Positions 27,105 to 36,900 of a stretch of 64,000 bases of DNA are shown here, one piece after another (positions within the stretch are counted from its first letter, which is position 1; each line of letters starts with the position of its first letter). This stretch comes from an uncultured virus (IMG/VR IMGVR_UViG_3300005080_000002) (taxonomy: Duplodnaviria; Heunggongvirae; Uroviricota; Caudoviricetes). The position numbers were made by a program, and so were the translations under genes. The stretch lies in the IMG/VR virus record IMGVR_UViG_3300005080_000002; one strand, 5' to 3'. Under the pieces are notes generated by a model. That model was not told the origin of the DNA. It saw only the letters and a program-made list of their open reading frames with translations, and searched no databases.

Positions 27105-27623
27105 ATGTTTGAAAAGGTATTTGGGTATATATTATCATTACGCAAACGGAAACGTATGCGTAAGCTGGAGCTGATACATAAAATGTCCGATAGCGAGCCC
27201 ATTGATAAGGCGCTTGCTTATTGTTCCTTTTATGCGCAGCTTCCAAAGGCAGAGCCTACTATCAAGGAACGGATGAGTACCAGAGTCGCCACGCTGGTGC
27301 CTAACATCCTTGCTTTGGAGGAGGAGCTAAAGCGCATTGCACAGCTAGTACAGGAAGAGGATAAACGTTTTAAGTATTACGAGACACTTCCTGTCTGGGG
27401 TGCTAATTCAGCACCTAAAACAATTCTGCTTGATGAACTTTTGCAGAAGTCGGCGTATACCTACTATGACCTTAATTCAGCGATTGCTGCGATTGGGGAA
27501 AGCTTGAGGAGTATCAAGAATGGGGTAAAACAACCCCACAATGAAAAGATGGAAACGTATTACCTGAAAAAACCAGGGGTCGTATATAGAGAAGCTGTAA
27601 ATATATTACGACAAATTGTCTAG
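27105..27623 (+). CDS. Hypothetical protein
   Basis: 172 aa; AGGAG RBS; alternative start at 27156. Confidence 0.7.
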   Translation: MFEKVFGYILSLRKRKRMRKLELIHKMSDSEPIDKALAYCSFYAQLPKAEPTIKERMSTRVATLVPNILALEEELKRIAQLVQEEDKRFKYYETLPVWGANSAPKTILLDELLQKSAYTYYDLNSAIAAIGESLRSIKNGVKQPHNEKMETYYLKKPGVVYREAVNILRQIV

Positions 27624-27651
27624 TCACTGTTAAGTGTCAGATGGAGTCATA

Positions 27652-28074
27652 ATGAAGTCTAGAGATAAACCAACGGTTAAGTCAGCTTTTGAGAATCCAA
27701 TTAAGCAGGCTAACCGTAGCCAAGGTATCTTGGCGAAGTTGTTTTGGAATATAGTCGCCAACTATGGGATTACCTATAGTACGTGGACTCGCACGTTACG
27801 TGGTTACGTTGTAGATCCTATGAACGTGCCTGAGCAAACCGCTGCTCGGCGATCGGAGGCCAGAAACAACTTAGGTTCGGCTATTATCAATAAGAACCCG
27901 ACATTTCTTCAATGGATACGGGCTATCAAAGCTAACGACATTCGTCGTATTCGTATCACTGTAGAGACTTGGCGTGGGGACGATGAGGAGTACGTTACTG
28001 TTAGCTTGGACCAAGTCCTGAAACATACGGACGTGTCGCCAGAGCGAGCCGACGACGAACCCGAAGAGACATAG
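27652..28074 (+). CDS. Conserved phiKZ-like hypothetical protein
   Basis: GILAKLF..I and YV.DP.N...RSE.RNNL motifs; GGAG RBS. Confidence 0.7.
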   Translation: MKSRDKPTVKSAFENPIKQANRSQGILAKLFWNIVANYGITYSTWTRTLRGYVVDPMNVPEQTAARRSEARNNLGSAIINKNPTFLQWIRAIKANDIRRIRITVETWRGDDEEYVTVSLDQVLKHTDVSPERADDEPEET

Positions 28075-28091
28075 CCGTTCAAGGAACGCAT

Positions 28092-29114
28092 ATGACCAAA
28101 GCACCAGTAGTAAAAACAGCAGGGCCGCGTGACGACCTAGTCAAAAAGGACGTCTATCGTGAAGACGTCCTAGCGGCGGCTAATACCTACATGTCACAGA
28201 ATCCCACTGTGACGCGAGCAGGAGAATATTTAAAGAGCCTGGGTAATAACCCCAGTGGTCTATTGGGGGATATCACTGGTAGCGTTAAATCTACCGGGAC
28301 GGGACTTGACCTTGATGCAAGCTCTATGCGTAAACGTCTCATGGGGACGTTAGGTGTTGGTAGTTTTATCAATGACCTGACGGACGGCATGAAGACCGAC
28401 TTCCTTTCTACTATGATGGGGGTGGAAGGCGCAGAAGCGAAGATGCTCATCAACGAGGTCGAATATGCCATGGCAGGCGGGACCGATGCTTTGAGCGCAT
28501 CCGGCATCGCCGATACGATTAATCGTCTGACTGGAAACGCAGGACTGGTAAAGTTTCTAGACATAGGCGGTCAAGTCGGTATCGTTCGTTATCTTTCTGG
28601 TATGCTGAGCGACCTAGGGGCATTTGCCGCTATTGATGAGTTGATCGCAACCATTAAGGACGAAAAAGAAAAGAACGCGATGCTTGAAGAGATGGCCATC
28701 CGTTCAGCAAGAATGGGCGACCTTGATGCCGTCGAGCATTTTGTAGACGGCATGGGTAGTGGTCGCGCTCACGCCGTACGTGAGGAGCTTTGCACCGCAA
28801 TAGTTTCTTATTTCAAATTCCCCTTTGAAAATCAACAGCCGTGGGCAATATATGGAGAAAAGATCTCCGCGCTCATGAGCAAGATTGATGCGGGGTGGTG
28901 GTTGGATGAACGCAAAGAAGGCGGCGGTGATTTGAAATACCTCTGTGTGTGTTCTGAAGATGCTTACACGGCATTGACGAATCTTTCTACAGCAGGCAAT
29001 GCAAAGAACCAAGCCATTGTCACATTCACGATAGCCGCATCCACCATTAAAAGCGAAAGTGTCGACATGGTACTTCGCACCTCATTCCCACAAGTACCTA
29101 CTTGGAGCAACTAA
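28092..29114 (+). CDS. Putative virion structural protein
   Basis: 340 aa; N-terminal GPRDDL..DVY motif recalled from phiKZ-like virion proteins. Confidence 0.55.
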   Translation: MTKAPVVKTAGPRDDLVKKDVYREDVLAAANTYMSQNPTVTRAGEYLKSLGNNPSGLLGDITGSVKSTGTGLDLDASSMRKRLMGTLGVGSFINDLTDGMKTDFLSTMMGVEGAEAKMLINEVEYAMAGGTDALSASGIADTINRLTGNAGLVKFLDIGGQVGIVRYLSGMLSDLGAFAAIDELIATIKDEKEKNAMLEEMAIRSARMGDLDAVEHFVDGMGSGRAHAVREELCTAIVSYFKFPFENQQPWAIYGEKISALMSKIDAGWWLDERKEGGGDLKYLCVCSEDAYTALTNLSTAGNAKNQAIVTFTIAASTIKSESVDMVLRTSFPQVPTWSN

Positions 29115-29863
29115 TGTACACTCTCATTACTAAGTACCCGAACATTGATATTCTGACTGATCTCGAGACCAAGCGTATTGTGGCGTTGGCTAACAAAGAC
29201 CGCTCGCGTATTTATCGCGCGTGCTCCATCGACGCCGTCAAAGAACAATTCGGTGTTCATGACGAACAAGTAATGTCTTTCTTCGGACATCGTTCCGAGG
29301 TGTTCCTTGGCGATGACGACGTCATGGTGACAAAATGCATCTATACCGGCCGTACGGTTAAGATCTCTCTGAAGACTGCCATGTTTGTACTGGCTGCCAG
29401 TTCCGTCGTGGACGTGTGGAAGTTGGCTGCACGCATTAACGACCTCCATCAGGCCAATCACAAAGAACGCGACGAAGCTATTCGTGAAGGCAACCGCATG
29501 TACGTTACCTACTGCGGCCGCGCTGATGCCACTCGTCCGAATATGGTGATGCTGGCGCTGTTCAAGCACATCGACGTCGAAGGTAAGGACATCAAAAGAG
29601 TCTACGCTACACTCGACAAAGATAATGAACCGCTGGAAATCGAGAGCATGTACGAATTGCTCGAAGCTCTGGGCGCGTTTACTCATCCGTACCAGGTTGA
29701 GTTCACCCGTAGCGATGAGATGGATGCGAAGGTCATCGAATTCTTCAATCGCTATCACAAGCGCTCGATCGTAGAAGAGGCGCTGGAGTTCATTGACCAA
29801 TGTGCGACTACGAACCAGTTACCGATTACATCCGGCGATGCCGCCTACATACAGCACAGCTAA
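29114..29863 (+). CDS. Hypothetical protein
   Basis: TAATG coupling; GGAG RBS; 249 aa. Confidence 0.75.
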   Translation: MYTLITKYPNIDILTDLETKRIVALANKDRSRIYRACSIDAVKEQFGVHDEQVMSFFGHRSEVFLGDDDVMVTKCIYTGRTVKISLKTAMFVLAASSVVDVWKLAARINDLHQANHKERDEAIREGNRMYVTYCGRADATRPNMVMLALFKHIDVEGKDIKRVYATLDKDNEPLEIESMYELLEALGAFTHPYQVEFTRSDEMDAKVIEFFNRYHKRSIVEEALEFIDQCATTNQLPITSGDAAYIQHS

Positions 29864-30594
29864 ACGTAGGTAAGGTAGTTAAACGTGTGCCTAAGGTTGT
29901 ATTCTTAGACACTACGGTTAAAAGCGGTGGGGACTTTGCCAAACGGTTCTTGGCACCATCGTGGGACATGCTCTCGAAATACCGTTCCGGCGGTGGGGAA
30001 ATTGAGTATACGTTGGCCTATTTAAAGAAGCTTCATGATAACAAAGAAACGATTGTTAACATGTTCACTGGCTTTATAAACAAATACGGCCTTCGTGAAC
30101 TTATTCTTGGCTGCTATTGCCGATCAGATAAATTCTGTCATCGACATCTCCTGTCTCGATTTCTTCTAGAGAACATACCTAATATCGAAAAAGGCGGGGA
30201 GTTAACAAGTCAGTCTTTTGAAATGGTAGAAGGGTTTAATCCTGTCATACTGTCTTACGGCGAATTCGCCGAAATTCCAGATGATGAGATAGCGCAGCTT
30301 ATCGGCTGTGAGTATACGTTGGTTCCTGATGAGACACTCTCTGACGAAGAGAGGGTTAAGAAGGCGATCAGCGATGCCTATAAGGCCATAGCTAGATGCG
30401 ATGGTCCCATTTTAGATAAGACTGGCTTGTTGCTTAAATGCGATACGCTGGACATACCTGTTGTAGAAGTCACTATGCCTGAAGAAGTGCGTTCGCAGTT
30501 CTTTAAGCTGTGGCCGCTCCCGTCACCGGAGAAACCAGATCAAAGATTCACTGAGTGGATGGGTACTCTCTACCAGGAATGTTTGCCTAAATGA
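29800..30594 (+). CDS. DUF488-like protein with C-terminal extension
   Basis: FLAPSWDML...EY...Y and LGCYC...FCHRHLL motifs; start uncertain. Confidence 0.65.
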   Translation: MCDYEPVTDYIRRCRLHTAQLNVGKVVKRVPKVVFLDTTVKSGGDFAKRFLAPSWDMLSKYRSGGGEIEYTLAYLKKLHDNKETIVNMFTGFINKYGLRELILGCYCRSDKFCHRHLLSRFLLENIPNIEKGGELTSQSFEMVEGFNPVILSYGEFAEIPDDEIAQLIGCEYTLVPDETLSDEERVKKAISDAYKAIARCDGPILDKTGLLLKCDTLDIPVVEVTMPEEVRSQFFKLWPLPSPEKPDQRFTEWMGTLYQECLPK

Positions 30595-30607
30595 AGGATT
30601 ATAGTAA

Positions 30608-31186
30608 GTGAGCGTAGTTAGGATTGGAGGCGTGGACTATCACACTGAAGATGATGGCGTTACGCATATCAATGTTTATAGTGGTGCTAAGACGGAGTTG
30701 GGTCGTTTCTGGTCTAACTTCTCTGCCACCGATACGCAAACGCCACACGGGTGGTTTTCATCATTGGAGGCCTACTATCATTATCTGAAAATAACCAGGT
30801 CGCTTGCGACCATACCGGATATCCCATCAGAGCTGAACATTTCAGCCGAATTGGAGAAGCTGAAAAGGCTATCTGGTAAGCCGGCGCAAAATGCCGGCCG
30901 AGAGTTGCGTAAAAGGATGGCTGGGTTTGGCATCTATACAATCGATGTTCCTGACGAAAGGTTTAACATCCATTTTAAAGAGGCGTTGGTTAACAAACTG
31001 AATAGCAACCATGCTATGCGCGATAAAACTCTCGCCAATGAACTGCCACTCGTACATTATTACGTCATGGGTAAAAACGTTTATTACAAACCCCACTTCA
31101 GCTGGCTCACTGATCAAATCAATGCTGTCATTGAAGACACGGAGTATTTAATTCATGCAGGTACTCGAAAGTCAAGGGCCGGTTAA
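30608..31186 (+). CDS. NADAR (YbiA-like) domain protein
   Basis: HINVYS.AKTELGR..SNF...F.SLEAYYHYLK and LPLVHYY motifs; GTG start with AAGGA RBS. Confidence 0.7.
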   Translation: MSVVRIGGVDYHTEDDGVTHINVYSGAKTELGRFWSNFSATDTQTPHGWFSSLEAYYHYLKITRSLATIPDIPSELNISAELEKLKRLSGKPAQNAGRELRKRMAGFGIYTIDVPDERFNIHFKEALVNKLNSNHAMRDKTLANELPLVHYYVMGKNVYYKPHFSWLTDQINAVIEDTEYLIHAGTRKSRAG

Positions 31187-31718
31187 AACGACCGGCAGCA
31201 AGGTTATGGATAATGCCTATGCGATTATTGATCGCGCTGGGCTTTATCACAACCTGACTTCTGAGGCAGTGTTGATGGTTAATGACATCAGCGCCATGCT
31301 GGCACGCAAGGCGCGTGTCGGTACTGGGACTGCCCAGCGATTGCGACAAAAGATCGCAAGATTGGAAAACGAACTGCGCGTAGTCGACATGCTCGATCTC
31401 CTTCGCAACATCGTTCTTAATACTACGGACGGTGAGAAGTTCAGTTTCCCGATGAAGAACGGTCGTTACGCACTCTGTGTCGACGGTGTATCGCGCGGTG
31501 CGTTCTTTACCATGCAAAGCCTAGTCGACGACGGCTTACCTGACGATTGGATTGATGGTATCCCTACGCGCGTTTACTTCAGCGAGTTTACGGCTGCATT
31601 GGATCCAAAACTGCTTGGTAAGAAACCGTTTCCTAAACCCATCACTAAAGCAGTGCGTTGGATTTATCGTAACGGCGGCATTGATTTCGTTCGTCAAGAA
31701 CCTACGGCCGCCCATTGA
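31155..31718 (+). CDS. Hypothetical protein
   Basis: 187 aa; GGAG RBS. Confidence 0.75.
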   Translation: MQVLESQGPVKTTGSKVMDNAYAIIDRAGLYHNLTSEAVLMVNDISAMLARKARVGTGTAQRLRQKIARLENELRVVDMLDLLRNIVLNTTDGEKFSFPMKNGRYALCVDGVSRGAFFTMQSLVDDGLPDDWIDGIPTRVYFSEFTAALDPKLLGKKPFPKPITKAVRWIYRNGGIDFVRQEPTAAH

Positions 31719-31723
31719 GCGGC

Positions 31724-31763
31724 ATAAAAAGCAGGGGCCCGAAGGCCCCTGTTCTTTTTTTTT
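31724..31763. terminator. Bidirectional terminator, repeat family copy 2 (CGAA loop orientation)
   Basis: ATAAAAAGCAGGGGCCCGAAGGCCCCTGTTCTTTTTTTTT. Confidence 0.9.
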
Positions 31764-31766
31764 GTC

Positions 31767-33890
31767 TCACCGTGATATAGACGTCCCAGCCGTGATGTTT
31801 GCAAATGCACGAGTGAGTGCCCAAGAACCGATGTCGTTGGAAATACGACCAGCCATGAATCTGGATTTCCAGGACTGTTTCCATACGTTGAAGTTCAGGG
31901 TGATTTTACGCAGAGCGTAGTTAAGGTCTTGCAGAGATGCAGCGCCTAAGGTGGCCATGTAATCGGTGTACTTGTTGTCATCGTCGAAAATGCCACGGTC
32001 TTTCAACAGAGGCATGGTCAATACGGTGGTCAAGTCCTTCACGTTGAAGGTTACATCGATCGCCATTGGCTTACCATCGGCACGCCAACCGTAGTTACCT
32101 ACACCACGAGTAATCGTCATGGAGTCGATAATGCCCAGTCGAGTAGTTTGCTTACCGCGACTGAAGATCTCACAGAGGAACGGAGATACGAACGATTGCT
32201 TACCTGTGGACAGGGGCAGTGCGCCAGCCAGCAGGAAACACAACGGTACGATCAGGTTCTGGAACAGTGAGAAGTCATTACCATACGGCGAGCGGAGCTG
32301 GATGGTGTAGGACTGAGACCCTACGTTGGCCTGACTGTCGTCCCACACTTCAGGGAAGTCGACAATGGAACCACCCGCCACAGCGAGTAGGCCGGACAGC
32401 TGTAAGCTATCCAGTGCACCAGCCATGAAGTCCCTAACGCCCGTAGTTACCGTGTCCACTGTATCAAAGCCAGTATTACCACCAGACATGGAGAAGTCAA
32501 TCGTCCTAGCTTTTGCTGAGATCGAGTTAACTGTAGAGGCAATCTCAGGCGTTTTCGTACTGTTGGTAATTGAGTCAGTGACGGTCTCTTTGGGATCCAC
32601 ACGGAATGAAACCCACTGAGCGCCATCCTTTACTTCAGATGAAAGACCTTCAGTTACGTTACCGAAGAAATCGGCCAGACCTGCCCAGAACGAGTTACCG
32701 TCTTGGTTAGGGTCAACCGTTTGACCTTCGCTATCCCCACCTACTGCCTCACCGGTAGTCGGGTCAGTGGGAGGTGGCTTACTACCCTCTTCTTGCTCCG
32801 ACAGTACACCTTCGGCACTTACCCCATCGACACTACCGAGTTTAGTTTGAGCTTTGTTCCAATACGCCGCTTCCGCTTCATCGGTTGCTTCATCTTGCTG
32901 ATAAAGCTGGTTGTTCGAATAAGCAAACGCAAGCGTCTCTAACGAACTGTCACCTGCTTGGTCGGCATACCCCTGCTGGTCACGGCCGGAAGCCTTACTG
33001 CGCGCTATATACTCTTTTAGGGCCTGGTTAACCGAAACGCCAGTCTTCGTCGCGTTGTCGTAAATCTCCTCCATCTTGGCGGATTGGTAGTTAGCCAAAA
33101 CCTGATAGCGGTTCATCATCTTGAACACGTCGAACTTACCGTTGGATTTCCAGATATCCGGCAGGGCTTTGTATATCTCATCCATCGATGGTTTGAGTTT
33201 GTTATCTTCACGTGTTGCGTCAAGATAGGCATTCGAACCAAAGATGTCCCAAAGAGGAACCATCTTCCAATGGACGAGCTGAGTATCTACCATTGCCTGC
33301 ACCGCTTGCAGATAGAGGTGCATTGTTGGCTTAAGATAGTAATACTTGGAGGGTTTCTTGTTCAGGACGAATTTCAACGTCTGTGACGTGATCATCAGCG
33401 GGAACAGTACAGCCCACGGCACGATGTAAAACATCGCTGCCAAGCCAGCTATCTGACCACCACGGAACATCAGGGTGTACTCACCATGCTTTGCGAGCCG
33501 GTAAGCGTTACGGTCAAACATGTTGGCAAAGAACGCAATCGCACCGGTATATTTAGCAACACCGAAGCGCATGTGTATTTGCTGGTTGTTCTCTTCAAAC
33601 AGTTCGTTATAAACACGACCAAGTTGGTAGCTACCACGGTTCCCCTCATTCTGTAACCAACGGTTGCCATCTTCATGGTTGTTCGTGGCAAACAAACCAG
33701 TTGAACGGATGTCGGCAAAACGAGTAAACTGTGGTGGTGGGTTGATTACGGCGTTACCGCCGAGTGTAGTATCTGCAAACTTGAAATCGCCCGACGTAGG
33801 CTGTCGGGTCGACAGGTTGCGACTATCGTGCGATGACGGACTAAGACCGAACATACCACGCACCCAGCGTCTGTTCTCTCTTCCGATCAT
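31767..33890 (-). CDS. Tail/baseplate structural protein (phiKZ gp182-like)
   Basis: KFADTTLGGN..INPPPQFTRFADI, HMRFGV, LRSPYGN, ITRGVGN.GW; GGAG RBS before ATG 33890. Confidence 0.8.
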   Translation of the reverse strand: MIGRENRRWVRGMFGLSPSSHDSRNLSTRQPTSGDFKFADTTLGGNAVINPPPQFTRFADIRSTGLFATNNHEDGNRWLQNEGNRGSYQLGRVYNELFEENNQQIHMRFGVAKYTGAIAFFANMFDRNAYRLAKHGEYTLMFRGGQIAGLAAMFYIVPWAVLFPLMITSQTLKFVLNKKPSKYYYLKPTMHLYLQAVQAMVDTQLVHWKMVPLWDIFGSNAYLDATREDNKLKPSMDEIYKALPDIWKSNGKFDVFKMMNRYQVLANYQSAKMEEIYDNATKTGVSVNQALKEYIARSKASGRDQQGYADQAGDSSLETLAFAYSNNQLYQQDEATDEAEAAYWNKAQTKLGSVDGVSAEGVLSEQEEGSKPPPTDPTTGEAVGGDSEGQTVDPNQDGNSFWAGLADFFGNVTEGLSSEVKDGAQWVSFRVDPKETVTDSITNSTKTPEIASTVNSISAKARTIDFSMSGGNTGFDTVDTVTTGVRDFMAGALDSLQLSGLLAVAGGSIVDFPEVWDDSQANVGSQSYTIQLRSPYGNDFSLFQNLIVPLCFLLAGALPLSTGKQSFVSPFLCEIFSRGKQTTRLGIIDSMTITRGVGNYGWRADGKPMAIDVTFNVKDLTTVLTMPLLKDRGIFDDDNKYTDYMATLGAASLQDLNYALRKITLNFNVWKQSWKSRFMAGRISNDIGSWALTRAFANITAGTSISR

Positions 33891-33901
33891 AGACAACTCC
33901 A

Positions 33902-33926
33902 AAAATAAGGGGCCGGAGCCCCTTTA
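33902..33926 (-). terminator. Terminator-like hairpin between tape-measure and gp182-like genes
   Basis: Minus strand AAAGGGGC-TCCG-GCCCCTTATTTT. Confidence 0.55.
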
Positions 33927-36900
33927 ACCTCTACCCATGCTGATAGGTGCATCAGCGTGTACGATTGATGGCGCAGCCTGCTGCCTTGATGTAGTCTGCT
34001 GTACCGGCTTCAAAGGCGTGGCTTGTTGGCCACTAAAGCCACCGCCGCCCCCCACCTTTTTCTCGATGTTAAGCAACGTCCCAGAGATCTTCCGCAGTTC
34101 TTTGAGCTGCTCTCTCATGAGTACGGCCATATTCTCGCCGCGTTCTGCATTATTCTCAGATACGGCACTCGCTGCATTATTAGAACGTACGGTCTGGCGA
34201 TGTTTCTCCAGATCGATGTCCGCAATGATGCGAGCACCGCTATCTTTGATGTCTGCAACTTCGGCACCGGCGTCAGCATTCTTTTTTGCCATCGCTTTAG
34301 CTGCGTCGCTTACTTCCTTCTCAGAAACGGGCTTATCAGCCCCACCGATTGGGAGCGGAACGTCAGCATTAGCGAAGCGGACAGACTTGGCTGCATCAGC
34401 ACCAGCCTTGGCCACGGAGGCCGTCTTAGCGGCTTCAGGAGAGGCCACTTCTGGCCCACCCTTGTCTCCAGCTTGGGCAGCAAGAGCTGGCGGTACTGAT
34501 ACCTTGGTATCCGATCCAGGCAGATCTACTTTAGCATCGGGAACCTTTTCAGCGATCCCGAGATAACGCTTCACATGCATCTGGTTGGTTCTGGCGCGAT
34601 CAATGAACGACTGGTAGACCTGCGCGAATGTGCGGTATCTACCTTGGCCGTCTTTGAACACACCTGGGTTTGCGGAGGCTGCTGATTGCAGTACCTTAGC
34701 CGCGATAGCATTAGGATTCTTTGTGAGATTGGACAGGAACTTCGGTCCATCCCCAGAACCCATCATGTGCATCACGTACATATCAGCAGGGTTGGCTTTA
34801 CGTCCCAGCGCACGAGCGGCTTGTTTGGCACCCTCTTTGAGGAACTCACCACCAAGCAGCGCGTTAGCCGCAGGGTCAAATGCGGAAGCCTGTGAAGGAA
34901 TACCGTACTTGTTACCCCACTTACGTTTAACCTCTCCCCACGTATCCCACTTCCCACCTACCAAGAACTGGAACAAACCCTTAGCACTGGAAGTTTTCGC
35001 ACCAGCGCCTGGGTCGAGTGACGATTCCATCATCGCGACGGTAAGCATCTCTCCCGGATCCATCCCGGTGAGTCGAGCAGCGTGGGCTACCAACTTAGCC
35101 ATGGTGGCTCGGTCTTTGCCCTTATACTGTTTCAGGTCGGCATAACCGCCAGAACCTTCCTCTACACCGTTGTATAGTCCAGTATCGATATCAAAGCCGC
35201 TAGTATCGATGTTAGCAGGGACATTACTGCCGCCGCCTTCCATCATCCCAGAGATATCAGCGTTGGCCATCGCGGCTTCCCGTTGGGAAGCGACAGACGG
35301 CTTATTCTTATCCTGGTTAACACGCCAGTCGATAGCGCGATTACCGCCACGTACTGGAGCTGCTTGAGCTTTGATACCCTTATCCTTGGCCTTGGTTTGC
35401 TCACGGAGCAACATTTCCTTACGACGTTCCTCGAGGAAGCGTAGGTTGTCGTTCACGGCATTACCGATAGCTACCGGATCATAATCGTTCTTGACTCGCC
35501 ACGGGGACAAGTCGAGTTCCCACACACTGACTTTCTTACCGCCAAATTGTACTTTGGCTCCCACCAGCCCTACACCGATATCGTAGAGTTCTGCCGTCTT
35601 ACTGGTATTGTATAGATCGAACGGATTACCGTTCGGAATATACTGCTTAACCAGATTGAAGTATTGCAGGTAAATAGGCAGGAAGCGCAGGGTGAACCAT
35701 TGCTTGGCTTTCGCCACCGCCGTTTTATCTCGGAAGTAAACGCCGAGTATCGACACGACCTCTTCAGTTATACCATCCAAGTTACCCTTAAATACCCAAC
35801 GACCGGACTCTTTGATCATGCCAGGGGTTAGCAAGTCTTCTATCTTGTACAGCATTGCGATACGAGAGATATCAAACTTATACAGACCATAGGCACGCAG
35901 ACGGATTGCAGTCAATGCATCGATGTCTTTACTGATGGGTCGTCCATTGACGATAGTTGATACGCCATAGACTGCGACGTTGCCCTTACGCATGGATTCG
36001 TCCATACGACGGTTCTTATCTTCTTCAGCGGCAGTGGCAGCTACCTTCCAGTCAACTTTCTTCTCTTCACGATTATTGGCATCACCGGAAGTGATGGCCT
36101 TACCGGAAAGATCCTTTTGATCTGGAGCACCGTTGAGTTTCTTACGATCCTCTGGCATGGTAGGTGTGAATTTAACCATAGTGCCGATTTCATCGCGGAC
36201 ATCGTTACCAATTTCCACGACCTCAGCGCCAGTCAACATCGTCGGATCATCGAACGGACCTTGGTCCACTCTGAAGATCGGATGCTTGTCATTCAACACG
36301 CAGCTATCAAAGATTTTCTTTTGGAGTATCGGATGGGTCTTGTTCTTATCACCGATGTCCTTCAGCCCGACGGCTGGGGCATGTTGACGAGCACGTGAAA
36401 CCCAGATCAGGTAGGCAGGGATGAAACGACCAAACAGCCAGTTGTTCCAGCGCTTCTGCTGATCTTTATCCTCGGGGTTAATACCAAACCCTTCGGCGAT
36501 ACGATGAGTTACCGCTTCATTCATACCGCGAATGGATGCAACGCCCTCCTTGTTAAAGGAAGTGTAGCGAAGGAATGAGTCTTCCAGATAACGCAGCTTA
36601 GGAATATCTTCCTTATCCTCTCGCTCGTATTCCTGAACCCCGTATTGTGCAAAGCGATACATGTCCAGCGGAGCCGCCACTTTACGAGTGGCGAGCTTGT
36701 AGGCCACATACCCGACAGTTGCGGCTATTGCCAGGGGAGAGGAGATAGCGCCTATGGCTAGCGTACCAGCCCAACGCAACCCGCCCATGATAGTTGCACG
36801 ACCCAACCACTTCAGAACACCACCGGTCGCACGAAGAACACTACCACCTTTTGTAGCGGCAGCACCTGCTGCGGTAGCGATCTTGGTCTTAGCACCACCA

